DNA of 64,000 nucleotides, from contig JBMFRC010000008.1 in assembly GCA_049968235.1 (NCBI GenBank), positions 32,001 through 96,000 on the forward strand. The letters are read 5' to 3'. Positions 39,087 to 48,021 of the stretch are shown one piece after another; within the stretch, counting starts at the first letter, position 1, and each line of letters opens with the position of its first letter. The notes below the pieces were generated by a model. It saw only the letters and a list, made by a program, of their open reading frames with translations. It searched no databases and was not told the origin of the DNA. Position numbers and translations under genes: made by a program. The stretch comes from Candidatus Hydrogenedens sp. (GTDB lineage Bacteria > Hydrogenedentota > Hydrogenedentia > Hydrogenedentales > Hydrogenedentaceae).

Positions 39087-41213
39087 ATGAAAAAGAATAT
39101 TTTTTGTTTATTGAGTTTTCTATCTTTGTTTCTTCTTATCTATTTTGCAGAGGGCACTGCATTAACAATATATGTTACCCCCGGCGAAGGAAAACATGGA
39201 AACGGAACAAAATTATCTCCATTTACTTCTTTATTACAGGTTAAAGACTATATACGAAACATAAAGCAAACGAAAGGACTCCCTGATGGAGGTATCGAAG
39301 TTATAATCAAAGAAGGAGAATATAAATTAAACGATACACTGGTTTTTACAAAAGAAGATAGTGGAACACCGACATCTCCCATCACTTATCGCGGAGAAGA
39401 AACTGCATATGTCGTTTTTAACGGAGGTATTCGATTAGAAGGATTCAAAAAGGTAACAGACGAACCCGGGTCTGAACGGCTTCGTGCAGATGTAAAGGAT
39501 AAAATCTATGTTATAGATTTAAGAAAGTATGGAATAAAAGAATTACCTCCTTTAGAATTGGCAGGTTTCGGGAGTGCAAAAGTTCGAGCAAAGGATAGAA
39601 GTTATAACAATTACAACACTTACCCCTGCCCTGAATTGTTTTTCAACAAACTCCCCATGACCTTATCCCGCTTTCCCAATGAAGGTTTTCTGAAAGTATC
39701 GGCTGTTCAGGGCGAGAAAGTAGAACCAGAAAATCCAAATGCTTATATTATGAAAAATGTCCGGTTGAAATTAGAGGGGTGTCCTTTATCAGAATGGGCA
39801 AATGAAACCAATATTTTACTTTATGGGTATTGGTATTATGATTGGGCGGATTCATATGAAACAGTCGTTTCCGTTGATAAAGAAAATGGCGAGGTACAAT
39901 TAGCAAGTCCAGGTTCGGCATATGGTTATCGAGAAGGAGCCCGATATTATGCCATTAATCTATTATGTGAGTTAGACCAACCCGGGGAATGGTACATGGA
40001 TAGGGAACATCTTTTCCTGTATTTTTATCCGCCTGCTTCTCTGGATGGTGCAATTGTAGAATTATCTTTATTTGATAAACCTATGGTTATATTTGATAAA
40101 ACAGAATACGTTTCTTTTGAACGAATTCATTTCCGCTTAGGTGCGAGCAATCTGGTACAGATATTTGATGGGGAAGCAATCCAGATATTAGGTTGTAGTT
40201 TTCGAGAATCAGCAGGTTACGGTTTAACCGTTAATATGGGCAAGAATCATCGGGTTCAGTCCTGCGATTTTCATTTTTTAGGAAAAGGGGGAATATATAT
40301 GAATGGTGGAGACCGCAAGACACTAACACCCAGCGGATTTAATGTTGATAATTGCTATTTTTCAAATATAGCACGTATTGACCATACTTACAACCCCGCA
40401 GTATACATGAATGGTGTAGGGCATAAAATCTCTCATAATTTAGTTCATCACATACCCAGTAGCGCCTTCAGAACAGATGTAAATGATTCTATTATTGAAT
40501 TTAACGAAGTATTTAATGTTCTATTAGAGTCCGATGACCAGGGCGGAGCAGATATGTGGGGAAATCCAACTTATCGAGGATTGATATTCCGTTATAATTA
40601 TTGGCACCATATCGGAAGTTGGCGAGAAGGGGCAGAACAACCCGGATGCGGTCAAGCAGGTATTCGATTAGATGATGCCATAAGCGGAGTTCATATTTAT
40701 GGAAATATTTTCTATCATAGTTCAGCAGGTAATTTCGGAGGTGTTCAGCTACATGGAGGCAAAGATAATATTATTGAAAACTGTATTTTTGCCCATTGCC
40801 GAACCGGAATCAGTTGTACCCCCTGGACACAGGACCGCTGGATTAGTTTTGTAAAAGATTTCCTTGATAATCCTGCAATAGATAAAGAATTATATCTAAA
40901 CCGTTACCCTGACTTAAAAAACCTTTTGGATAACAATAATAAAAATATCGCACAAAAAAATATATTCTGGAATTGTGGTCAATCTATTTTAAGAAAACCT
41001 TCTAATTTTATATCCGAAAATAACTTAGAAACAAAAGACCCCCAAATGTTCATCAAAATAGAACACGGAGATTTCACAACAAATTCAGAAATTTTAAAAA
41101 CTCTAAATTTTGAATTTGTTCCTATTCCATTTGAAAAAATTGGACTTTATATCGACCAATACCGTAAAGAATTACCCATGGATATTATTCAGTCAGGAAG
41201 GGCACAAAAATAA
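39087..41213 (+). CDS. secreted right-handed parallel beta-helix repeat protein (pectate-lyase-like fold)
   Basis: Signal peptide. Periodic short G/N-containing beta-helix rungs. No catalytic motif assigned. Confidence 0.45.
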   Translation: MKKNIFCLLSFLSLFLLIYFAEGTALTIYVTPGEGKHGNGTKLSPFTSLLQVKDYIRNIKQTKGLPDGGIEVIIKEGEYKLNDTLVFTKEDSGTPTSPITYRGEETAYVVFNGGIRLEGFKKVTDEPGSERLRADVKDKIYVIDLRKYGIKELPPLELAGFGSAKVRAKDRSYNNYNTYPCPELFFNKLPMTLSRFPNEGFLKVSAVQGEKVEPENPNAYIMKNVRLKLEGCPLSEWANETNILLYGYWYYDWADSYETVVSVDKENGEVQLASPGSAYGYREGARYYAINLLCELDQPGEWYMDREHLFLYFYPPASLDGAIVELSLFDKPMVIFDKTEYVSFERIHFRLGASNLVQIFDGEAIQILGCSFRESAGYGLTVNMGKNHRVQSCDFHFLGKGGIYMNGGDRKTLTPSGFNVDNCYFSNIARIDHTYNPAVYMNGVGHKISHNLVHHIPSSAFRTDVNDSIIEFNEVFNVLLESDDQGGADMWGNPTYRGLIFRYNYWHHIGSWREGAEQPGCGQAGIRLDDAISGVHIYGNIFYHSSAGNFGGVQLHGGKDNIIENCIFAHCRTGISCTPWTQDRWISFVKDFLDNPAIDKELYLNRYPDLKNLLDNNNKNIAQKNIFWNCGQSILRKPSNFISENNLETKDPQMFIKIEHGDFTTNSEILKTLNFEFVPIPFEKIGLYIDQYRKELPMDIIQSGRAQK

Positions 41214-41433
41214 GAACATACAATATATAGTAGTGCAACATTATATTTATCCTATTTCAAGTATATTCTCTTAAAATTTGATATCCAATCCTTAAAAAGA
41301 AAGTTTAAAAATCGGGGTGAATTATTTTTTTTAATCATAAAACATCTAATAATTGATTTTATAGTATTTTACCTATAATTAACAGAACTTATTTATGTTA
41401 TGGCAAAAAAAATAAATTTTTTTAAAATTTTTC

Positions 41434-41460
41434 TAAAGTTTTTTCTAAAGTTGCCGATAA
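41434..41460 (+). promoter_or_regulatory. sigma28 (FliA)-type promoter: TAAAG-N15-GCCGATAA
   Basis: Read directly: TAAAG at 41434–41438 and GCCGATAA at 41453–41460. This matches the TAAA-N15-GCCGATAA consensus. It sits ~250 nt upstream of the first flagellin start. Confidence 0.55.
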
Positions 41461-41709
41461 AATAGATGTAAAGTGGTAAAGTAAACAGTTTAATATTGAA
41501 AACAAAAGGGTGTCCGAAGGCATCGAAAGGAGGTGACCCGGTAAATGTCAGTTCGGACCATATGTAGTAATAAAAGTTGAATATAAATGCATAGGTATGT
41601 TGTAGGGACGCAACATAAAACCGAAGCATATTCGTTGTTTTGATTAAGGGACAATCAAAACAACACAAGGCAAGGACGCAACAAACATTAACTCATGGAG
41701 GAATTTGTT

Positions 41710-42525
41710 ATGGGTCTTAGAATTAACACCAATGTACCGTCATTGAATGCGGCACGCGTTCTACGGCGTTCAACGCTGGATTTGAACAAAACATTGGAAC
41801 GGCTTTCAAGTGGGTTGAGAATCAACCGTGCAGCCGATGATGCAGCAGGTCTTGCTATTGCAGAAGCGTTTCGTTCAATTGTTCGTGGTTCAAATGTAGC
41901 TCAACGGAATGCACAGGACGGTATTAGTCTGGTACAGACCGCAGAAGGTGCATTAAGCGAAACCACAAATATTTTGCAACGAATTCGCGAATTGGCAGTA
42001 CAAGCAGCAAACGGCACTCAGAGCGATACCAACCGCGCTGCAATTAACACAGAAGTTCAACAGTTATTACAACAAATCGACAAGATTGCCACCGACACCG
42101 AATTTAATGGAATCTATATATTGAGCGTCTCTCAAACAGTAAATTTACAGGTAGGTGCTTTCAGCGGGCAAGTAATGGCAATAACTGTTGGTGGGGCAAA
42201 AACGAATGACCTTTCTGTTGATATTGTAAATGTATCTACAATGGCAGGTGCGGTATCTGCATTGTCCTTAGTAGATAATGCTCTAAAGAGTGTAAATACA
42301 CTCCGCGCTACTCTGGGTGCTTATCAGAATCGTCTTGAATTTACAATTAACACACTGGCGATTCAGGAAGAAAATTCGGCTGCTTCGGAGAGTGCTATTC
42401 GTGATGCGGACATAGCACAAGAGACAATACGGTTTACCCGGAACCAGATATTGGTAAATGCAGGTACTTCCGTACTTGCCCAATCGAATGTCGTTCCACA
42501 AACTGCATTGCAGCTGTTAAGATAA
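41710..42525 (+). CDS. flagellin (short, ~271 aa), paralog 1
   Basis: N-terminus MGLRINTN...LSSGLRINRAADDAAGLAIAE. C-terminus ...VLAQSNVVPQTALQLLR. The likely true start is the internal Met at 41710, with a GGAGG Shine-Dalgarno 8 nt upstream; the ORF track begins at 41695. Confidence 0.92.
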   Translation: MGLRINTNVPSLNAARVLRRSTLDLNKTLERLSSGLRINRAADDAAGLAIAEAFRSIVRGSNVAQRNAQDGISLVQTAEGALSETTNILQRIRELAVQAANGTQSDTNRAAINTEVQQLLQQIDKIATDTEFNGIYILSVSQTVNLQVGAFSGQVMAITVGGAKTNDLSVDIVNVSTMAGAVSALSLVDNALKSVNTLRATLGAYQNRLEFTINTLAIQEENSAASESAIRDADIAQETIRFTRNQILVNAGTSVLAQSNVVPQTALQLLR

Positions 42526-42615
42526 TAAAACTTTAACAGTAAAAGGTGTGTTCAAAATGAAACAATTAAGGGCAGGGAAAGCCCAAAGAAATAAGTAACT
42601 CAAGGAGGAATAACT

Positions 42616-43431
42616 ATGGGACTTCGTATTAACACAAATGTATCAGCGTTAAACGCTGCCCGTGTGTTACGCCGTAGCACACTGGATTTAAACAAATCCT
42701 TAGAGCAATTGTCCAGTGGTCTGAGAATTAACCGTGCTGCGGATGATGCAGCAGGACTGGCTATTGCAGAGAGTTTCCGCGCTCAAGTTCGTGGTACACA
42801 GGTGGCTCAGCGAAATGTTCAGGATGGTATTAGTCTCGTTCAAACGGCAGAAGGAGCCTTGAGCGAAACGACAAACATCCTGCAACGAATTCGCGAATTA
42901 GCCGTGCAGGCAGCCAATGGAACCCAAAGTGATACCAACCGTGCCGCAATCCAGACCGAAGTAGGTGAATTGATTAGTCAAATTGATAAGATTGCTACGG
43001 ATACAGAGTTTAATGGTATCAAAGTTTTAACAGGGGCACAATCAGTTGTCATGCAAGCAGGTTATTTACAAGGGCAAACGCTAAGTTTAACAATTAGCGG
43101 TGCTACGGCAGCGATACTGAGTGTAAACAATCTGGCGGTATCCACTCGGTCTCTTGCAGAATCCGCCATTACACTGGTTGACAATGCTTTGAGATCTGTA
43201 AATACCTTGCGGGCGACATTGGGTGCTTATCAGAACCGTATGGAGTTCACAATTAATACCTTAGCCATTCAGCAAGAGAACTCCTCAGCCTCTGAAAGTG
43301 CTATTCGCGATGCGGATATTGCTCAGGTAACCATTCGGTTCACCCGTAACCAGATACTTGTAAACGCAGGAACTTCCGTATTAGCTCAAGCCAATGTCGT
43401 CCCACAAACAGCATTACAATTATTAAGATAA
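42616..43431 (+). CDS. flagellin, paralog 2
   Basis: Same conserved D0/D1 termini as paralog 1, with a divergent central ~60 aa. GGAGG Shine-Dalgarno upstream. Confidence 0.92.
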   Translation: MGLRINTNVSALNAARVLRRSTLDLNKSLEQLSSGLRINRAADDAAGLAIAESFRAQVRGTQVAQRNVQDGISLVQTAEGALSETTNILQRIRELAVQAANGTQSDTNRAAIQTEVGELISQIDKIATDTEFNGIKVLTGAQSVVMQAGYLQGQTLSLTISGATAAILSVNNLAVSTRSLAESAITLVDNALRSVNTLRATLGAYQNRMEFTINTLAIQQENSSASESAIRDADIAQVTIRFTRNQILVNAGTSVLAQANVVPQTALQLLR

Positions 43432-43524
43432 TTGATGGGAAACATAAGGTTTGATTAAAATTGAATTACTCTTGGACAAAAAACTCATGGATGGGATAAC
43501 AATAACTCATGGAGGAATTTAGTT

Positions 43525-44340
43525 ATGGGTTTAAGAATTAACACAAATATACCGGCAATAAATGCAAGCCGGGTACTCCGCAGAACAACAGCGGATTTGA
43601 ACAAAACGTTGGAACAATTATCCAGCGGTTTGCGTATCAATCGTGCTGCAGATGATGCGGCGGGCCTTGCTATCGCTGAAGCATTTCGTTCCCAGGTATT
43701 GGGAACAGGTGTAGCCCAGCGGAATGCCCAAGACGGTATCAGTCTTGTTCAAACAGCAGAAGGTGCTTTGAGCGAAACGACAAATATTCTGCAACGGATG
43801 CGTGAACTGGCTGTTCAAGCGGCAAATGGCACACAAAGTGATAGTAATCGTTCGGCAATACAAGGTGAAATCAATCAACTGATTCAACAAATTAATGCAA
43901 TTGCTACCGATACAGAATTCAACGGTATCACAGTTTTAAATACAACCAGTGCTATTCAAATTCAAGCAGGGGTATATTCCGGACAAACCCTTGCTTTGAG
44001 TATGGCTTCTGCAACAGCCGCTGCACTGGGTGTCAGTCTTGTCAGTGTTGTTTCTGCTGTGTTAGCCGCTTCCGCAATCAGTGTAATTGATGCGGCATTA
44101 GGCACTGTAAATACCCTGCGAGCAAGATTGGGTGCTTATCAGAATCGTCTGGAATTCACAATAAATACCCTCGCTATCCAGCAGGAAAATGCCTCCGCAT
44201 CAGAAAGCGCTATTCGCGATGCAGATATTGCTCAGGTGACGATACGCTTTACCCGAAACCAAATTTTGCTGAACGCAGGGACATCTGTATTGGCACAAGC
44301 TAATATTGTTCCCCAGACAGCATTGCAGTTGTTGAGGTAA
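43525..44340 (+). CDS. flagellin, paralog 3
   Basis: Same architecture as paralogs 1–2. Central region rich in Ala/Ser/Val. Confidence 0.92.
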   Translation: MGLRINTNIPAINASRVLRRTTADLNKTLEQLSSGLRINRAADDAAGLAIAEAFRSQVLGTGVAQRNAQDGISLVQTAEGALSETTNILQRMRELAVQAANGTQSDSNRSAIQGEINQLIQQINAIATDTEFNGITVLNTTSAIQIQAGVYSGQTLALSMASATAAALGVSLVSVVSAVLAASAISVIDAALGTVNTLRARLGAYQNRLEFTINTLAIQQENASASESAIRDADIAQVTIRFTRNQILLNAGTSVLAQANIVPQTALQLLR

Positions 44341-44350
44341 AGTTACTCTC

Positions 44351-44376
44351 GAGGGCAGGGTATATCCCCTGCCCTC
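44351..44376 (+). terminator. GC-rich hairpin (10-bp perfect stem GAGGGCAGGG/CCCTGCCCTC, 6-nt loop) after flagellin 3
   Basis: Read directly. Begins 10 nt after the flagellin-3 stop codon. The downstream U-tract is weak. Confidence 0.5.
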
Positions 44377-44501
44377 TGTCTGGAACATATATTATCAGTA
44401 TTAACCTTTTCAGGGATGGCGTGAAAGACCTGAAAGCATGTCTGATAATTAAAAGAAAGGGAATTCTGGATAAGTGTTAAACACTCAAGGAGGTAAGAAC
44501 T

Positions 44502-45317
44502 ATGGGACTTCGAATAAACACAAATATCCCGGCTTTAAATACCGCACGGGTTCTACGGAAGTCTACTCTTGACCTTAATAAAAGTCTGGAAAGGTTAAGT
44601 AGTGGTCTGCGTATTAACCGCGCTGCGGATGATGCAGCAGGGCTTGCCATCGCAGAAAGTTTCCGGGCTCAGGTTCGCGGGACAAATGTGGCTCAACGAA
44701 ATGCACAGGACGGTATCAGTCTGGTTCAAACAGCAGAAGGTGCATTGAGCGAAACAACAAATATCCTGCAACGGATTCGCGAACTTGCAGTTCAGGCAGC
44801 GAATGGAACACTAAGTAGCACAAATCGAAGTGCATTGAACACAGAAGCACAGGAGTTAATTTCGCAAATCGATAAGATTGCTAATGATACTGAGTTCAAT
44901 AGTTTACGGATATTAAGTGCTACCAACAGTGTTGTTCTTCAAGCAGGTCCTAATCAAGGACAAACACTGACTGTTTCCATTGATGCAGCAAATGCCAGTG
45001 TGTTAGGTGTAAGTGGGATTTCTCTGGCTTTTGCAGATTCTGCTGCTGCGGCTATCACAAAAGTTGACGATGCATTAAGAAGTGTAAATACTCTCCGAAG
45101 TAAATTAGGTGCTTATCAAAATCGGTTAGAGTTTACTATTAACACTCTTGCCATTCAAGAAGAAAATGCAGCATCTTCAGAAAGTGCTATCCGCGATGCA
45201 GATATTGCCCAGGAAACAATCCGGTTTACTCGCAATCAAATTCTGGTGAATGCGGGAACATCTGTGCTTGCACAAGCCAATATCGTTCCCCAGACAGCAT
45301 TAGCATTATTGAGATAA
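44502..45317 (+). CDS. flagellin, paralog 4
   Basis: Conserved termini, ending ...TALALLR. Most divergent central region of the four. Own GGAGG Shine-Dalgarno. Confidence 0.92.
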   Translation: MGLRINTNIPALNTARVLRKSTLDLNKSLERLSSGLRINRAADDAAGLAIAESFRAQVRGTNVAQRNAQDGISLVQTAEGALSETTNILQRIRELAVQAANGTLSSTNRSALNTEAQELISQIDKIANDTEFNSLRILSATNSVVLQAGPNQGQTLTVSIDAANASVLGVSGISLAFADSAAAAITKVDDALRSVNTLRSKLGAYQNRLEFTINTLAIQEENAASSESAIRDADIAQETIRFTRNQILVNAGTSVLAQANIVPQTALALLR

Positions 45318-45337
45318 AATAGAGGAGGCGGAGCACT

Positions 45338-45745
45338 ATGGGTATGTCGCGTATTGATTTTCAGAATACCGCGGCTCTTCCTATGGTTATACATGGAGAA
45401 ACTCCGTTACCCGCTCCGCCTCGCATTCCTTCTTCACAAGGTTCAGGAGCAGAAAACCCAGTTGTTGTTTCTGACAGAACTGCTCCCGGCGAGGCGGAAC
45501 AAAGAGCCGAATTGCAAAAGGAAACTGTCGGGCAAATTACAACTGAACGAAATGAAATTCTGAAAAAATTAGAACTTCCCATGACAACTACGCGTTTAAA
45601 GGTAGATGAAGAAAATCAACGAATTGTTATTCAGATTTTAGATTCTCAAAATCAGGTTATCCGTCAAATACCACCGGAAGAATGGCTAAAATTTCTGTCA
45701 CGCTGGCAAAAAGTACAGGGCTTATTCTTTGATGAACAAGTATAA
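45338..45745 (+). CDS. flaG: FlaG-family flagellar protein
   Basis: 135 aa. C-terminal block RLKVDEENQRIVIQILDSQNQVIRQIPPEE typical of FlaG. GAGGAGG Shine-Dalgarno. Lies 20 nt after flagellin 4. Confidence 0.75.
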   Translation: MGMSRIDFQNTAALPMVIHGETPLPAPPRIPSSQGSGAENPVVVSDRTAPGEAEQRAELQKETVGQITTERNEILKKLELPMTTTRLKVDEENQRIVIQILDSQNQVIRQIPPEEWLKFLSRWQKVQGLFFDEQV

Positions 45746-45794
45746 ATAATCATTTTTAGGGGTTCAAGAAAAGAAACGGGAGGGGTGTTTTCTA

Positions 45795-46472
45795 TTATGG
45801 AATTATTATCCAGGCGCCAGGGATACATTTATCTCCTAATTTTTGGCCTAAAGAACTATTCTTTATCTTCTGGAAATCATCATTACCATCCGGTAATTGA
45901 ACTGTTTGTCCGGGTTTGGCTCTTTGAATACGTTCCAATGCGTAAATAGATTCTATTTTAGAGATAGACATGTCAGGAATATTTTTGTTTAGATTGGCAA
46001 TTTCCTTATATAAGGCTTTCCTATCTTTATTTTCATCAGAAAGTAATCTTTGAATCTCATTTTTCTTCTCCGCATCTTTCAAGGCATCACATTCTTTCAA
46101 TTCCAGATATCCCCTATTATTTTCCGCAAGACATCCTTGATTTTTTAATTGTTCAATTTGTTCGAACCGTTCACGCATACGGTCTGCAATTTCTTTTGCC
46201 AATGGAGAAACCGTCGCCAATGCTTCAGCATAAACAGGAGTAAATACATGGAAAGTTGAACCTAACCAACTGGTTTTGTTCTTGTTATCCTCTTCTTTAA
46301 CGGGTAATTCATCTGTTTTCTTCTCTACATAATCTAAAAGATTACCCGCTTGCTCCTGAACATGTCGAATATCAAGTGTGATATGTGCCTCAATAGTATG
46401 CTTGGTTTGTAGAACGCAATTGATACTTAGCAAAACGCCTATTACGAAAAAAACGGACGAAATTTTCTTCAT
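45795..46472 (-). CDS. secreted hypothetical protein, coiled-coil, possibly DUF1318/YdbL-like
   Basis: Signal peptide. Charged coiled-coil region. A GYLELKECDALKDAEKK block loosely resembles YdbL-family proteins. Confidence 0.3.
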   Translation of the reverse strand: MKKISSVFFVIGVLLSINCVLQTKHTIEAHITLDIRHVQEQAGNLLDYVEKKTDELPVKEEDNKNKTSWLGSTFHVFTPVYAEALATVSPLAKEIADRMRERFEQIEQLKNQGCLAENNRGYLELKECDALKDAEKKNEIQRLLSDENKDRKALYKEIANLNKNIPDMSISKIESIYALERIQRAKPGQTVQLPDGNDDFQKIKNSSLGQKLGDKCIPGAWIIIP

Positions 46473-46670
46473 ATCACTTTTCCTTTTTTACAAATAACCA
46501 TCTATTTATTATACGAATTTATCCGTGATTTTATTTCATTATACAAATAAATTAAAAAAAAAAATAAATTTGTTTTCTTTATATAGTACTGTTCTATTTG
46601 CGTTTCTAATATTGATTTTCTTAATCTAATTACGACAAAAAATCCGAATTATTTACAACAGGAGATACGT

Positions 46671-47882
46671 ATGGGGAATATAAACGAACTTGCTATATTA
46701 GGAGGAGAACCTGTAAGACCTCCCGAAAAAAAGTGGCATTCCTGGCCTGTTTTTGACGAGCAAGAACGAAATGCTATTTTAGAAGTTCTCGAAAGTGGAA
46801 AATGGTTCTATGGTGAGAAAGTAAAACAATTTGAAGAAGTCTATTCTCAGTTTCAAAAAGCGAAATATTGTGTCTCTTGTAATAGCGGAACAACCGCACT
46901 TGAAATAACACTACAAGCAATAGGATTACAACACGGTGAAGAGGTCATAGTCCCCCCTTATACATTTATTGCAACCGCTTCTGCAGTTGTGCGTATGGGT
47001 GGAATTCCTATTTTTGTAGATGTAGACGAAACATGGTGTATGGACCCTGACATAATTGAATCTGCAATTACACCTCGAACAAAAGCCATAATCCCTGTTC
47101 ACTTCGGTGGGAAAATCTGCGATATGGATAAAATTAATGCAGTGGCACAGAAACATAATCTTGTTGTAATTGAAGATGCCTGTCATGCCTGGGGCGGAGC
47201 ATGGAAAGGGAAAGGAGCAGGAACATTAGGGCTTGGAGGTGTATTTAGTTTCCAGATGTCTAAAAATATTACTGCAGGTGAAGGTGGAGCCATTGTTACT
47301 GATGATGAAAATTTTGCGGATATATGTCGTTCTATAAGCAATTGTGGTCGCTCAAAAACGGGTCCCTGGTATTATCATGAACGAATTGGGACCAATGTGC
47401 GAATGAACGAGTTTACCGCAAATATCCTATTAGCACAGTTATCCCGAGCAGAAAAACAACTGCAAATTCGAGAAGCAAATGGTACTTATCTTACCCAGGC
47501 TTTAATGGATATACCCGGTATTTACCCCCAACCCTTAAGTAATCGCATTACACGAAGGGCATATCATCTTATTTGTATTCGAATCAAAGAGGAAGAGTTT
47601 GGTTGTTCTCGAGAATTGTTTGTAAAAGCAGTACATGCGGAAGGATTACCTATAACATCAGGTTATCCATATCCGATTTATAAACAGCCTGCATTCCAGA
47701 ATGCTAACTTTTATGATTATTCACAAACATACTGTCCTATAACAGAAGATTTATGCTATAAGAGTGGTACATGGTTACCCCATCATATTTTACTGGGGAA
47801 AGAAAAAGATATGGAAGACATTGTAAAAATTATCCGTAAAGTGCAGAAACATGCTCCGGAATTAAAAAAATTGAATGCTTAA
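46671..47882 (+). CDS. DegT/DnrJ/EryC1/StrS-family PLP-dependent sugar aminotransferase (ArnB/PseC/PglE-like)
   Basis: 403 aa. Family-typical N-terminus ILGGEPV...W. PLP-lysine block FSFQMSKNITAGEGGAIVTDD. Confidence 0.85.
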   Translation: MGNINELAILGGEPVRPPEKKWHSWPVFDEQERNAILEVLESGKWFYGEKVKQFEEVYSQFQKAKYCVSCNSGTTALEITLQAIGLQHGEEVIVPPYTFIATASAVVRMGGIPIFVDVDETWCMDPDIIESAITPRTKAIIPVHFGGKICDMDKINAVAQKHNLVVIEDACHAWGGAWKGKGAGTLGLGGVFSFQMSKNITAGEGGAIVTDDENFADICRSISNCGRSKTGPWYYHERIGTNVRMNEFTANILLAQLSRAEKQLQIREANGTYLTQALMDIPGIYPQPLSNRITRRAYHLICIRIKEEEFGCSRELFVKAVHAEGLPITSGYPYPIYKQPAFQNANFYDYSQTYCPITEDLCYKSGTWLPHHILLGKEKDMEDIVKIIRKVQKHAPELKKLNA

Positions 47883-48021
47883 AATGCCTATCGAACAATT
47901 CAGACCTGTCTGATATATTTGACTCGTCAGACTCGTCTGATTTGTTCGACTCATCATAATTACAAGGAGAGGTCCTATTACGAAGCAATCTTTCTGGATA
48001 TTATTAATTCTTTTCTTAGGA

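Noticed and set aside
41393-41668. 91-aa minus-strand ORF in the flagellin upstream region
   Set aside because: It lies entirely within the AT-rich leader that contains the sigma28 promoter and hairpin. It has low-complexity, F/Y-rich composition and no Shine-Dalgarno, so it is probably spurious.
44395-44450. Possible sigma54 (-24/-12) promoter TGGCGTG...GCA upstream of flagellin 4
   Set aside because: The GG and GC dinucleotides are not at the required 10-nt spacing. No TGGCAC-N5-TTGC match was found there, upstream of pilT, or elsewhere in intergenic DNA.
46540-46575. Poly-A tract (A13) upstream of the DegT gene as a possible phase-variation site
   Set aside because: It lies in a generally AT-rich promoter region outside any ORF, and a single window gives no evidence of length variation. 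Noted only as a possible slippage-prone tract.
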